A stretch of DNA of 64,000 nt from Candidatus Aenigmatarchaeota archaeon (GCA_043802485.1 JAZDKZ010000006.1:64001-128000); one strand, 5' to 3'; counted from the first letter of the stretch, positions 1 to 8,959 are shown. Notes: generated by a model from the sequence alone, not told the origin. Made by a program: numbers and translations.

Positions 1-1029
1 TACTCTTGCGATGACTACCAGTTCAAGCCGTACGGCGAGAAGGCCTACACAAAGCTCACAGGTTGCGGTCACAAGGGAGAGAGCGACATGAAGAACGGCA
101 AATTGCTATGGCGTGTCGAATGGGGGATGCTCTGGGCTCACTGGAAAATAAACTTGGAAGGCGCTGGCAAGGAGCATTTCATGCCGAGCGGTTCGTTCTG
201 GAGTGCTGGCGAGGTCGCTGAAAAGATATTCGGCTGGCCGGAGCCTTATCCTGGAAAGAACTACATACAGCCTTACGAGTATCTGACGATATCAGGCAAG
301 AAGATGTCTGCTTCTGTTGGCAATGTCGTTTCCACATGGGAATGGCCAACGTTCGCTCCGGCGCAGATACTCAGGATGATATTTCTGAAAAAGCCGAATC
401 GTGTGAGGGACTTTTCATATGAATATATTCCAAAGTACATGGACGAGTTCTACAGACTGCAGAGGATATATTTCGGCAAGGAGGAGGACGACAGGGAGGA
501 ATTCTCCAAGAGGCTCTATATGATGAGCGAGGTTTATGTGCCTGATAAGATGCCTGCGCAGATACCTTTTGAATATGCTGCCATGGTATCTCAAATGGTT
601 CCTGAGAAAAATTCTTTAGAAAAGGCTGTGCAGTTATTCAGGGCTACAGGTCATCTTGGCCAGGATTATGACGAAGCCAGAATCAAGAAGATTCTGAGCA
701 TGGCAAAGAACTGGTCTGACAGGTACGGAGGCGACAGCTACAAGATAAAACTTATGGAAGAGCCGTCAAGGGAATTTTTGGAAAATTTGAGCAGCGACCA
801 GAAGAAAGCGATAAAGATGCTGGCCGAAGCGCTTGCCGAAGACTTTTCAGAGAAAGAACTTTATAATAAGATTTTTGACATAATCAAGGAGACTGGCATA
901 AAATCAAAGGAGTTCTTTGGAGCAGTTTACAGCATCCTCTTAGGCAAGCCTTGGGGTCCCAGGCTAACTCCTTTCATATTGATAATCGGAAGAGAAAGAG
1001 TAAAAAATATTCTGGACAAGGTTCAATAG
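1..1029 (+). CDS. lysS: class I lysyl-tRNA synthetase (5' part outside window)
   Basis: Frame open from base 1; GKLLWRVEW, GAGKEH, KKMSASVGN (KMSKS-type) and C-terminal GPRL motifs. Confidence 0.95.
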   Translation, partial: YSCDDYQFKPYGEKAYTKLTGCGHKGESDMKNGKLLWRVEWGMLWAHWKINLEGAGKEHFMPSGSFWSAGEVAEKIFGWPEPYPGKNYIQPYEYLTISGKKMSASVGNVVSTWEWPTFAPAQILRMIFLKKPNRVRDFSYEYIPKYMDEFYRLQRIYFGKEEDDREEFSKRLYMMSEVYVPDKMPAQIPFEYAAMVSQMVPEKNSLEKAVQLFRATGHLGQDYDEARIKKILSMAKNWSDRYGGDSYKIKLMEEPSREFLENLSSDQKKAIKMLAEALAEDFSEKELYNKIFDIIKETGIKSKEFFGAVYSILLGKPWGPRLTPFILIIGRERVKNILDKVQ

Positions 1030-1748
1030 CCGAACCTTCTCTGCCGTCTGCTGTACTCTTTGACGCATCTTATGAGGTCCCTTTTGGTAAAGTCTGGCCA
1101 GCATTTTTTCATGACTATGAGCTCTGCGTAAGCGACCTGCCATGGCATGAAGCCGGATATCCTCTTCTCGCCTCCGGTCCTTATCAGCAGGTCTATGTCG
1201 TCCTTCACCAGCAGGTTGTCCTTTATCGTTTTTTCAGTGACTGTGACAACGCCTGTCTCCAAAGCTTTCTTGGCTATCTTCTTTACAGCCTGCGTGAGCT
1301 CGAACTTGCCGCCGTAGGCAACAAGAATATTGAAGACCCTTCTGTTGTACTTTTCAGTCTTTTTCATTATCTTGCCCATCACTTTTCTCAAACCCAAGGG
1401 CAGTTTTGTCAGGTCTCCGACAAACCGCATTCTTATCTCATACTTGTCCAGAAAGCTCTTCTTCTCGTTCTCTAGCTTTTCTAGCTCTTTCTGGAAAAGA
1501 CCTAGAAGGGCATTGACCTCCATTTTGGACCTGTTCAGGTTTTCAGTTGATAGGGCGAAAACAGAGACTTTGGGTATCTTCAAATCGACGCACCACTCGA
1601 ACAATTGCTCCAGCTTCTCAGCTCCGAAAGAATGCCCTTGCCAGGGCTTTAGGCTGTGCTTAAGGGCCCATCGTCTGTTAATGGGGTTTTACTAAACCTT
1701 TCCATCCAGGATGACGCCCAAGTGACTAGGTATTGCTGTTGCCTTCAA
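1023..1748 (-). CDS. uppS: cis-isoprenyl diphosphate synthase (UppS family); two exons, 1748-1700 and 1678-1023, 234 aa after splicing
   Basis: TTG start at 1748 behind GGGTGG; exon 1 reads MKATAIPSHLGVILDG, exon 2 reads NRRWA...GH..GA, followed by FALSTENLNR, AYGGK and DLLIRTGGEKRISGFMPWQ motifs. Confidence 0.92.
1679..1699 (-). other. candidate 21-nt bulge-helix-bulge intron in uppS mRNA
   Basis: RNA reads AUGG AA^A GGUUU AGUA AAACC CCAU UA^A CAG: 4-bp helix AUGG/CCAU, two 3-nt bulges, 5-bp intron stem; contains in-frame UAG UAA; canonical cuts give GAU GGA AAC AGA (DGNR). Confidence 0.88.
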
Positions 1749-2634
1749 ATAAATACCACCCTATTTTTGTTCTTTTCATTATGCCAGATTTGACTAATAT
1801 GTGCAAATAAAGCAATATAGTGTTTCTGTGCATTTTAACATTATATTTTTTCTCTATATAAGTTTTCAACTCCCTGAAATTCAGATTTTCAGGATACGAA
1901 CCTCTTAATTTGCTATAAAGCTCTTTCAAAATTGGCGCTTTGGCGTTAGCCCTTACAGGGAACAACTTAATTAGTTCTTCTATATCTGTTTTTCTATTTC
2001 CCCTGATTATTTCCAGTTTAGTCTTTTTAGGACCTTCAAGATTCTTCAAGAAGAAACCAAAAGATTTGCTATAGAAACCGTACTTCCATCTTTTCGACCA
2101 TCTTTCGAACTTTCTTTTGAAAAGCTTAACTCTGAGTTTGTTTTCCTTTAGAATATAGACCATTTGATCCCTTAGCTTCTTACTTATCGATGTAAATTCT
2201 ATTGTTCCGTCCAACTTCACAGAGCCGTCAAAAATCAATGCTGATGAAACAAATGATATCTTGTATTTATTGCCTCCCTTCATGATTTCTTCTGGTATTC
2301 TGACTATGCTCCCTTTCTTTCCATAGGGAAACCCTAGGCTGTGAAGGTATGGTATCAGATGTTTATTGCCTATTCTGAACCTAAAACCTCCCTTTAGAGG
2401 TTTTATTGAGCCTTTCTTACCTGTTATCTCCTTTACCCATTCCGAGATCAACTTTACATTCTCAAACCATTCATCCGTCAATTCGAAATAACTAGAATAA
2501 TAGTGGTGACCATTCCACATCTTTTTCTGCCTGTAAATAGTGCCGTCTGTGGCAAGGGCGCCGCACAGCTTGCATATCGTAATTCCTATATTTCCTTCAT
2601 GGATTTTAGAATTTGTAAGGGAAAAACCTTCCAT
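1726..2634 (-). CDS. free-standing double-motif LAGLIDADG endonuclease with C-terminal winged-helix-like region
   Basis: Motifs LCGALATDGTI and FVSSALIFDGSV; own start and stop; AT-rich; 3' end overlaps the uppS start. Confidence 0.8.
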   Translation of the reverse strand: MEGFSLTNSKIHEGNIGITICKLCGALATDGTIYRQKKMWNGHHYYSSYFELTDEWFENVKLISEWVKEITGKKGSIKPLKGGFRFRIGNKHLIPYLHSLGFPYGKKGSIVRIPEEIMKGGNKYKISFVSSALIFDGSVKLDGTIEFTSISKKLRDQMVYILKENKLRVKLFKRKFERWSKRWKYGFYSKSFGFFLKNLEGPKKTKLEIIRGNRKTDIEELIKLFPVRANAKAPILKELYSKLRGSYPENLNFRELKTYIEKKYNVKMHRNTILLYLHILVKSGIMKRTKIGWYLFEGNSNT

Positions 2635-2732
2635 GAGAACTTTATTACATTCTCTGCTTAAATCTGTTTTTCACCAGAATAATAAAGGAAATTAAAAAGT
2701 TAAAGTCGTTTTATTTAGAAAAGATAAGCCGT

Positions 2733-2951
2733 CTAGAACCTTCTTGGCTTTTTCTTTGCGAAACAATCTCTACAAAATACAGGCTTACCTTCGGTCGGCT
2801 TGAATGGAACTTCACATTCCTGGCCGCATTCCGAGCAAACAGCTTTGTGCATTTCTCTTGGACCCCTGTCGAAACTGGGTTTTCCTCTGTTAAAGCCGCC
2901 GCCACTTCCACCTCTGTCTCCGCCGAAGCGTCTGTCTCTATCGAATGGCAT
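2733..2951 (-). CDS. small CxxC-x17-CxxC zinc-ribbon protein with Gly/Arg-rich N-terminus
   Basis: REMHKAVCSECGQECEVPFKPTEGKPVFCRDCF. Confidence 0.9.
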   Translation of the reverse strand: MPFDRDRRFGGDRGGSGGGFNRGKPSFDRGPREMHKAVCSECGQECEVPFKPTEGKPVFCRDCFAKKKPRRF

Positions 2952-3085
2952 CTAATTCATTACTCCTTATTTAATATAAGAGTTGGTTGGTTTTGGGTCT
3001 TTATAAAGTTGATTTCTTGAGGGGTGGGGTTGAGCGAATATGAGATTTTTAAACGTATTTAAAATTTCGGTCAGAATTACATGCT

Positions 3086-3337
3086 ATGAGAACAGCTTTG
3101 CTAATAGTACCATTGATCATTTGCCTAGTTGCCGGAGCTCTCATAGGCGAGTCGCTCTTCGTCTCACAATCCAGCACTATTGATACCTTGCTGGATGAAG
3201 CTCGCTGGGCCCCTTTGAACCCCATAACAGCAGCCATGGCGGTGAACACGAAAAAAAGCCTGAACATAGTCTATGCTCTGGGTGGGTCAATAGGGTTTCT
3301 GGCAGTATTTGTTGTCATTGTCAAACTGTTCGGGTAG
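3086..3337 (+). CDS. small membrane protein, two hydrophobic segments
   Basis: 83-aa ORF with hydrophobic termini. Confidence 0.5.
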   Translation: MRTALLIVPLIICLVAGALIGESLFVSQSSTIDTLLDEARWAPLNPITAAMAVNTKKSLNIVYALGGSIGFLAVFVVIVKLFG

Positions 3338-3387
3338 ATCAGCATAACAGCTCGTTTATCTTCTTCTTGAGTTCCTTTTTCGTTCAT

Positions 3388-3606
3388 TTAATCATCTCTT
3401 TTTTTGTCAGGTTCAACTCTGACGGTAACATTCGGTCCCTTTATTCCTGCCAGTGCTGGAAGAAGATGGGAAACCATCTGTTCTGTTGTACAAGGATGTA
3501 TGGTACCGTTTGAGGCTGTTAGTGTCCAGTCTTCCTTTTCTTTTCTAAATTTGTTTATGCACTTGTTTTTAAACATGATGTAGATTGTGCATTCATCGTT
3601 CTTCAT
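3388..3606 (-). CDS. hypothetical protein
   Basis: 72-aa ATG ORF filling an intergenic gap. Confidence 0.55.
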   Translation of the reverse strand: MKNDECTIYIMFKNKCINKFRKEKEDWTLTASNGTIHPCTTEQMVSHLLPALAGIKGPNVTVRVEPDKKRDD

Positions 3607-3636
3607 AAAATCAATTTAGAGTCTATAGAATAAAAA

Positions 3637-3657
3637 TGCGGATGGCAAGATTTGAAC
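3637..3657 (-). repeat. degenerate copy of the tRNA-Leu 3' end (att-like)
   Basis: tgcggatggcaagatttgaac versus tgcggagggcaggatttgaac at 5389-5409 (19/21 identical, same orientation). Confidence 0.6.
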
Positions 3658-3707
3658 TAGAATGGAATTTGTATAAAAGCTTATTTAAACGCCACCAATA
3701 ATTAAGT

Positions 3708-4880
3708 ATGCTTTTAGAAATACTATCTTCCTTGTTCATACTATCATCCTCACTCAGCCTTCTTTATGCTTTTATCGTGAAAAGACCTTATCAATTAAAG
3801 GAACCAAAGGTCTTGCCAAAGGTTAGCGTCATGACATATGCATATAGGGACGACTGGGCAGGAAATGTCATAAAAAGGAAAATAAAAAACTTCCTTCAAC
3901 TGGACTATCCCAAGGACAAGTACGAGATAATAGTTTATGACAATGGGTCCACTGGCAAAACTTTGAAAATATGCAAGTATTATGAAAAAATGGGGCTGAT
4001 AAAACACTATAGAAGCGAAAAGGGATACAACCGAAAGGGCCAGGTCCTTGACGATGCTATAAGAGATGTAGCAAAAGGAGACATCATCGCCCTCACAGAC
4101 CCCGACGGGATGTGCGAAAGAGACTGGCTGATGAAGCATGTCTGCACTCTGATGAGTGACAAAAAGGTTGGTGCATCGATAGGGATGGTATTCTGCGGAA
4201 ACTGGTACAAGAACTTGCTAACTAGGATGAGAGCCATAGAGGATGTATGGATGATAGATTTTTCATATTTAGGAAGAGCGAGGATGAACGTTGAACAATA
4301 CATTTGCGGCGCTAATTATTCGTTCAAGAGGAAAGTATGGAAAGAGGTGGGTGGACACGGAAAGACACTCGCTGAAGACGGAGAAATGGCCAACAATTTG
4401 AAAAAGAGAGGATGGAAGATAGCTGTTACTGACGCAAGCGTATGGCAAGAGGAGGTCGAGAATGTCTATCATTTTTTTATACAGAGGCTGAGGTGGTACA
4501 GCATCCCAATGAGATTTGTCTTTAGCAAGAAAAAAATTACCTCAACAATCTTATCCCTTAATCCTTCGGTTATACAGACCATAAGTTTGTTTTCTTTAAT
4601 AGCCTTTATTTTTGCGAACAGTTTGCCTTTGCGCATTTTTTCCATTATTCCGTTTCTAATCTCGTTCCTAGCGATATCAATAGGTTTGTTTAAAATGAAA
4701 GAGGGGCGCCTCATTCCGTTTATCCCTCTTTATCTGACCTTTGACTCGGCATTGTCCCTTGTCTGCTTCGTGGCAGCGAGAACCTTGAGCATGTTCGGGA
4801 AGGAGGTGAGGTGGGAGAGATTATCGAAGGAAAAATACTACCATAATGGGACCAAAATAAAAATCAATAGCAATTATTAG
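3708..4880 (+). CDS. GT2 family membrane glycosyltransferase
   Basis: YDNGSTG, TDPD (DxD), LAED and QRLRW motifs; terminal TM helices. Confidence 0.9.
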   Translation: MLLEILSSLFILSSSLSLLYAFIVKRPYQLKEPKVLPKVSVMTYAYRDDWAGNVIKRKIKNFLQLDYPKDKYEIIVYDNGSTGKTLKICKYYEKMGLIKHYRSEKGYNRKGQVLDDAIRDVAKGDIIALTDPDGMCERDWLMKHVCTLMSDKKVGASIGMVFCGNWYKNLLTRMRAIEDVWMIDFSYLGRARMNVEQYICGANYSFKRKVWKEVGGHGKTLAEDGEMANNLKKRGWKIAVTDASVWQEEVENVYHFFIQRLRWYSIPMRFVFSKKKITSTILSLNPSVIQTISLFSLIAFIFANSLPLRIFSIIPFLISFLAISIGLFKMKEGRLIPFIPLYLTFDSALSLVCFVAARTLSMFGKEVRWERLSKEKYYHNGTKIKINSNY

Positions 4881-4918
4881 AAAGTAGATAAGCTTCAGCA
4901 AAACCGAACACGTTAATA

Positions 4919-5344
4919 TTATATTTTCTTAACCGATAAGACATTAGTCTTAATTTCATGACTATTCAATTCTTCTGAGAATTTTTTCATATAATCGTTT
5001 ATGTATTCTTTGGTTTCCTTATCAATAGCTTCAATTACTTGAGGCTCTGTGTCTCTTATATTTCCAGCTGCATGCCTTGAAATATTGAAAACATGGAATG
5101 GTTTAGAAACTTCTTCCACATATAGTATCTTTCCATTTGAATCGTAAGCAGAAAGATAAAGCCTCAGATGAGTGTCGCCAGGATAAAAATAATCTGCCTT
5201 TAAGTAAGTCTCTCCTATTCCTTTCTTTTCAAGGCTATCAAAAAACTCGTTTCTATCGTTTTCTATACGAGTTCTGAAATAATTCAATAATTTTTGTTTT
5301 CTACTCTGTCTGAATTTCATAACGATCGTTTCATAATAGAACAA
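4919..5344 (-). CDS. hypothetical protein
   Basis: 141-aa AT-rich ORF, no recognised motif. Confidence 0.5.
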   Translation of the reverse strand: MFYYETIVMKFRQSRKQKLLNYFRTRIENDRNEFFDSLEKKGIGETYLKADYFYPGDTHLRLYLSAYDSNGKILYVEEVSKPFHVFNISRHAAGNIRDTEPQVIEAIDKETKEYINDYMKKFSEELNSHEIKTNVLSVKKI

Positions 5345-5388
5345 AAATCTTTAAATCCTTAACATGCTACCCTCCCTGCTAAAAATGA

Positions 5389-5474
5389 TGCGGAGGGCAG
5401 GATTTGAACCTGCGAAGGGACTAACCCATAGGGTCCTCAACCCTACCGAATTGACCAGACTATCGGACCTCCGC
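5389..5474 (-). tRNA. tRNA-Leu(GAG)
   Basis: Acceptor GCGGAGG/CCUCCGC, anticodon arm UAGGG UU GAG GA CCCUA, long variable arm, GGUUCAAAUCC T-arm. Confidence 0.9.
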
Positions 5475-5550
5475 TCTATCTATCTTATAATCCAAGACAA
5501 TTAAAAGCTTTTTGGAAGCGTATTTAAAATTTTGGGACCAAGTCATGCCT

Positions 5551-6576
5551 ATGACAGTGCTTTCGATGCAGACCATAAAGGAGTATATAGAAAGGAAAAA
5601 GGACCCGTTAGAGATATATACGATAGATGTAAAGGGTCAGAAAAAACCTGTTCCATATTCTCAGATAAATTCCCATACAGTCAACCTTAGTGTCGGGAGC
5701 ATGGTAGGCGAGCTTGATCTCGACAAGTTGGCTGGGGAGATAGGCGTTCCTGAACGCGATAGGATGGATTTTTTCGGTTACGGAGGCATAAACCCATACA
5801 AGCACAGAAAAGCCATAGAAAGTAGCATGAGGATGCTGGACCTCAACAAGCTAGATAATTACATTGTCGAGAAGGAGGCTCAGAGCGATTCTGGTTGCTA
5901 TTCATGGCGAGTCAGGACCGACGATGGTTACGAGTTCTCGGCCAGAGTGGTCAAGGAAAAGGAAGAAGATACCAGGGCCAGGGGGATAATACTTCATCCA
6001 GAGACGTATAATTATATGAGCCGGTACACCCACATGGCGTCCGTTCTCAAGAATATGACAACCAACAACGCCAAAACGCTGGCTTTATCCAAGGGCATTC
6101 TGTACAGTATGAAAAAAAGAAAGAGAGGACCGACCAGATACCCTAAAAGAAGGTCAAAGTTTGGAAAAAGGGAACCGACCAGATACCTGGAGAACAGGTT
6201 AAGGCTTTTGAAAATGGAAAACATTGCCATAAGAAACCGCATCAATTTTCCTGAATACAGAGCACCGTCTGCAAGCTTCCATATAATATGGACCGACGAG
6301 TACGTCAACCTTCCCAACGACGTCACAGGCGTGATACATACCAAGAGCAAGATGGCAAGAGTGGGCATATCAACCCATCCCAGCTCGGGGAAGGTCGATG
6401 CAGGCTTCCACAACAGGCTGGCGCTGGAATACAAGAACATTGGTAGAATACCGATAGTGTTGAACATTGGAGATGGTGTTGCAGAGCTAGAGTTCCACAA
6501 GCTTGACAAGCCAACCGAAGTGGGCTACTCACAAAGGAAGAATTCGCTTTACAAGAAAAACGTGATAAACTTCTAG
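5551..6576 (+). CDS. dCTP deaminase/dUTPase-fold protein with large basic insertion
   Basis: QINSHTVNLSVG, TDEYVNLPNDV, KSKMARVG, VDAGFHNRLALE and ELEFHKL align with Dcd motifs; start uncertain. Confidence 0.75.
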   Translation: MTVLSMQTIKEYIERKKDPLEIYTIDVKGQKKPVPYSQINSHTVNLSVGSMVGELDLDKLAGEIGVPERDRMDFFGYGGINPYKHRKAIESSMRMLDLNKLDNYIVEKEAQSDSGCYSWRVRTDDGYEFSARVVKEKEEDTRARGIILHPETYNYMSRYTHMASVLKNMTTNNAKTLALSKGILYSMKKRKRGPTRYPKRRSKFGKREPTRYLENRLRLLKMENIAIRNRINFPEYRAPSASFHIIWTDEYVNLPNDVTGVIHTKSKMARVGISTHPSSGKVDAGFHNRLALEYKNIGRIPIVLNIGDGVAELEFHKLDKPTEVGYSQRKNSLYKKNVINF

Positions 6577-6851
6577 GCTGCCTTCAGGTGCTCGGGCTTT
6601 GCTATGACCTTCTTGGTCATGTTTATGTCCTTTATCTCGACCATATAGGCCATTCCCCTTTTTCCGACTATCTTGCCATGCCGACCCTGGAACCTTTTGA
6701 AGGGCATGCCGCTCAAGGAAGACGATTCTATGTCTATTACAACCTTCGAGCCGATGTCAAAGTTCCTCATGTATGTGTTGACAGTAACCCTGCCTATTTT
6801 TCTGAACTTTTCTCTTGTTCTTTTCCTTGGACCGTGAGATTTTGTACCCAT
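6573..6851 (-). CDS. rpl21e: 50S ribosomal protein L21e
   Basis: SHGPRKRTR...GMPFKRFQGRHG...KPEHLK. Confidence 0.95.
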   Translation of the reverse strand: MGTKSHGPRKRTREKFRKIGRVTVNTYMRNFDIGSKVVIDIESSSLSGMPFKRFQGRHGKIVGKRGMAYMVEIKDINMTKKVIAKPEHLKAA

Positions 6852-6937
6852 TGAATCAACCTTATTTATTATTTGGGTGAAGTAAAGTATATAAAATTAT
6901 ATAATGCCGCTTCATAAGATATAAATAATGTGTTTTT

Positions 6938-7642
6938 ATGAGGCTGAAATGTATCATGATCGATTTTGGTGAAACGATAGCCGACGGTAGGATGGTATAT
7001 AACAATGTCGACAAAGAATACAATTTGCAATTTTGGCGGAGATTAGGATTCAGCGGTTCTCTAGAGGACCTGGAAAACGCTAGGATAAAAAATAGTGCCG
7101 ATATTGGAAAAATCACCTCACAGAAGAACGTCTCGAAAACAACATGGGCAAAGATGTTTGCTAAAAAATTGGGGCTGGAAATAACAGAGAAAGACGCCGA
7201 AGAAGAATTCAGGGGCTTCATAGAATACTACAAGAGAAATGTTCGTTTGTTTCCCAATGTGAAGGACACTCTTGATTTCATAAAGAATAACGGTCTGAAG
7301 CTTGTACTAATTTCTAACGGCTGGAAAGAGTTGAATACCATATTGGAATATTTGGACCTAGACAGGTATTTTGATTTGGTCATTATATCTAAAGACATTG
7401 AAGCGTACAAGTCTGAAGGAATACCGTTCAAAATAGCAATGGAGAAGATGTCGCTAAAGCCGGAGGAATGCATAATGGTCGGCGACAACTTGAAGGAAGA
7501 CGCCTGCTCCAGAAGGATCGGTATAAAGTTCTGCTGGTTCAATCCATTCGGAGCAGAGGCAAAGGAAAATAATTTTGATTTCGAGATAAAAGACTTTAAA
7601 GATATCCAAGGAATTGTGGAAAGCTCTTCTGATAACGATTAG
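6938..7642 (+). CDS. HAD-superfamily hydrolase
   Basis: IDFGETI motif I, LISNG, K, MVGDNLKED. Confidence 0.9.
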   Translation: MRLKCIMIDFGETIADGRMVYNNVDKEYNLQFWRRLGFSGSLEDLENARIKNSADIGKITSQKNVSKTTWAKMFAKKLGLEITEKDAEEEFRGFIEYYKRNVRLFPNVKDTLDFIKNNGLKLVLISNGWKELNTILEYLDLDRYFDLVIISKDIEAYKSEGIPFKIAMEKMSLKPEECIMVGDNLKEDACSRRIGIKFCWFNPFGAEAKENNFDFEIKDFKDIQGIVESSSDND

Positions 7643-7662
7643 ATTTTTGGCTAAGTTCTATT

Positions 7663-8184
7663 TTATACTATGGTCAGCCTGTAGCAGTAGATGTCCTCGA
7701 ACGAGATGTGGATCCTTTCCAGTTCCTCTGCTGAGAAGCCGTTTTTCTTAATCAACTCGTCCACCTTCTTCCTGTTGGTGAGTGAGGAGAAGAGAAGTAG
7801 TATGAAGCCGTCCTCTGCAAGGAACTCTTTTGCCTGGGTCAGGAACCTTTCTATTATTTCATGGCCCTTTTTGCCGCCGTCCAGGGCAGGGTCCTTGGCG
7901 CCCTCCTCGGGAAGGTATGGCGCGTTGAAGACTATGGTGTCAAACTTTTTCTTTTCAAGAGAGGAGAACAGGTCGGATCTGATGAAGGTTATCTTGCTGT
8001 TTTTGAAGTTGTTTATACTTTGTGGGTTGATGTCAACTGCTATGACAGATCTGGCTTTGGACAGAGCAGCAATAGCTTGGATCCCCGAGCCTGTGCCCAT
8101 GTCCAGAACGTTTCCTCGGGCCAGTTTCTTTACATATTTCTCCAGGAGGAAGGAGTCCTCTCTTGGCTGGTAGATGTTTGACAT
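7663..8184 (-). CDS. HemK2/PrmC-like SAM-dependent methyltransferase
   Basis: YQPREDSFLL, LDMGTGSG, FNAPYLP, LDGGKKG. Confidence 0.9.
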   Translation of the reverse strand: MSNIYQPREDSFLLEKYVKKLARGNVLDMGTGSGIQAIAALSKARSVIAVDINPQSINNFKNSKITFIRSDLFSSLEKKKFDTIVFNAPYLPEEGAKDPALDGGKKGHEIIERFLTQAKEFLAEDGFILLLFSSLTNRKKVDELIKKNGFSAEELERIHISFEDIYCYRLTIV

Positions 8185-8221
8185 AATGTAAATATAGAAA
8201 TAGATTTTAAATTTATATTCT

Positions 8222-8455
8222 CTATAATTGAAGTACCTTGTATATTTTCATTCTGCCATTTGAATTTCCCTTTGCTATGCTTAAACTTTCCAATTTAAAA
8301 TTGAAAGACAACCTTTTATTTTTCGTTTCTTTAAATGCTTCTCTAAAATTTTTTCTTGAATTTTCAAAAAATGCTAATGTTACATGAGGTTTGAATTGTC
8401 TATGCATTACCTTGCCATATTTCTCTAGCTTTGATGATATTCTTGAAGTAAATAT
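8222..8455 (-). pseudogene. C-terminal fragment of a 2H phosphoesterase (2'-5' RNA ligase-like) protein
   Basis: Only the second HxT motif (FKPHVTLA) is present; an in-frame stop lies just upstream. Confidence 0.5.
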
Positions 8456-8482
8456 TTAAGCCGGCTCTCACTAGTTATAGGC

Positions 8483-8959
8483 ATGGCAAAGAAAATTTCC
8501 GAAGCGAAGAAGATTTCAATGCAGATGGACAAGGAATACAACATAATCAAGGCAAAGATAGCCCCAAAGATGCAAAAGAGATCAAGGGGAAGACTGAAGA
8601 GGCTAAGGAAGAGCATGAGCCGCCTAAAGCCCCTTAAGGTAAAGGAGCGCAATATCTCAATGGCAGAGCGTGACACAAGGGCAAAGCTCGGTCAGGTCAA
8701 GAGACAGATAATGTCTGCAAAGACAAAGGCAAAGGCAGACAAGGCACGCATGGCAAGCCTGACCAAGGAGCTGCAGAGGCTCAGAAAGGAAATACCCCTT
8801 CTGAACAAGAGCATTAGGGCATGGTCCAGTGCAGAGAGAAAGATGGCAGGAAAGCACAAAAGCATAACCAGGGAAATGGCCAAACTTGAGAAGAGAATCG
8901 CAAAGGAAGATATGAGAAAGGACAAAGTTGTCAAGGAACTCCAGAAATACTTCAAATAA
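8483..8959 (+). CDS. highly basic coiled-coil protein
   Basis: 158 aa, K/R-rich heptad pattern, host-like codon usage. Confidence 0.7.
   Translation: MAKKISEAKKISMQMDKEYNIIKAKIAPKMQKRSRGRLKRLRKSMSRLKPLKVKERNISMAERDTRAKLGQVKRQIMSAKTKAKADKARMASLTKELQRLRKEIPLLNKSIRAWSSAERKMAGKHKSITREMAKLEKRIAKEDMRKDKVVKELQKYFK

Noticed and set aside
1023..1604. ORF-track start of uppS at 1604
   Set aside because: Would omit the DGNRRW and GH..G motifs, which are present upstream in the same frame
1679..1699. Stop-codon readthrough, recoding or simple pseudogenisation as the explanation of the uppS interruption
   Set aside because: UAG is followed directly by UAA, readthrough would leave 7 extra residues in the catalytic motif, the rest of the gene is intact, and canonical BHB cuts restore the motif exactly; not formally excluded without RNA data
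6001..6267. Insertion in the Dcd-like gene as another BHB intron or an intein
   Set aside because: Only a 5-bp AGACG/CGTCT pairing near the ends, no 4-bp helix with two bulges, no intein termini, and the frame is open
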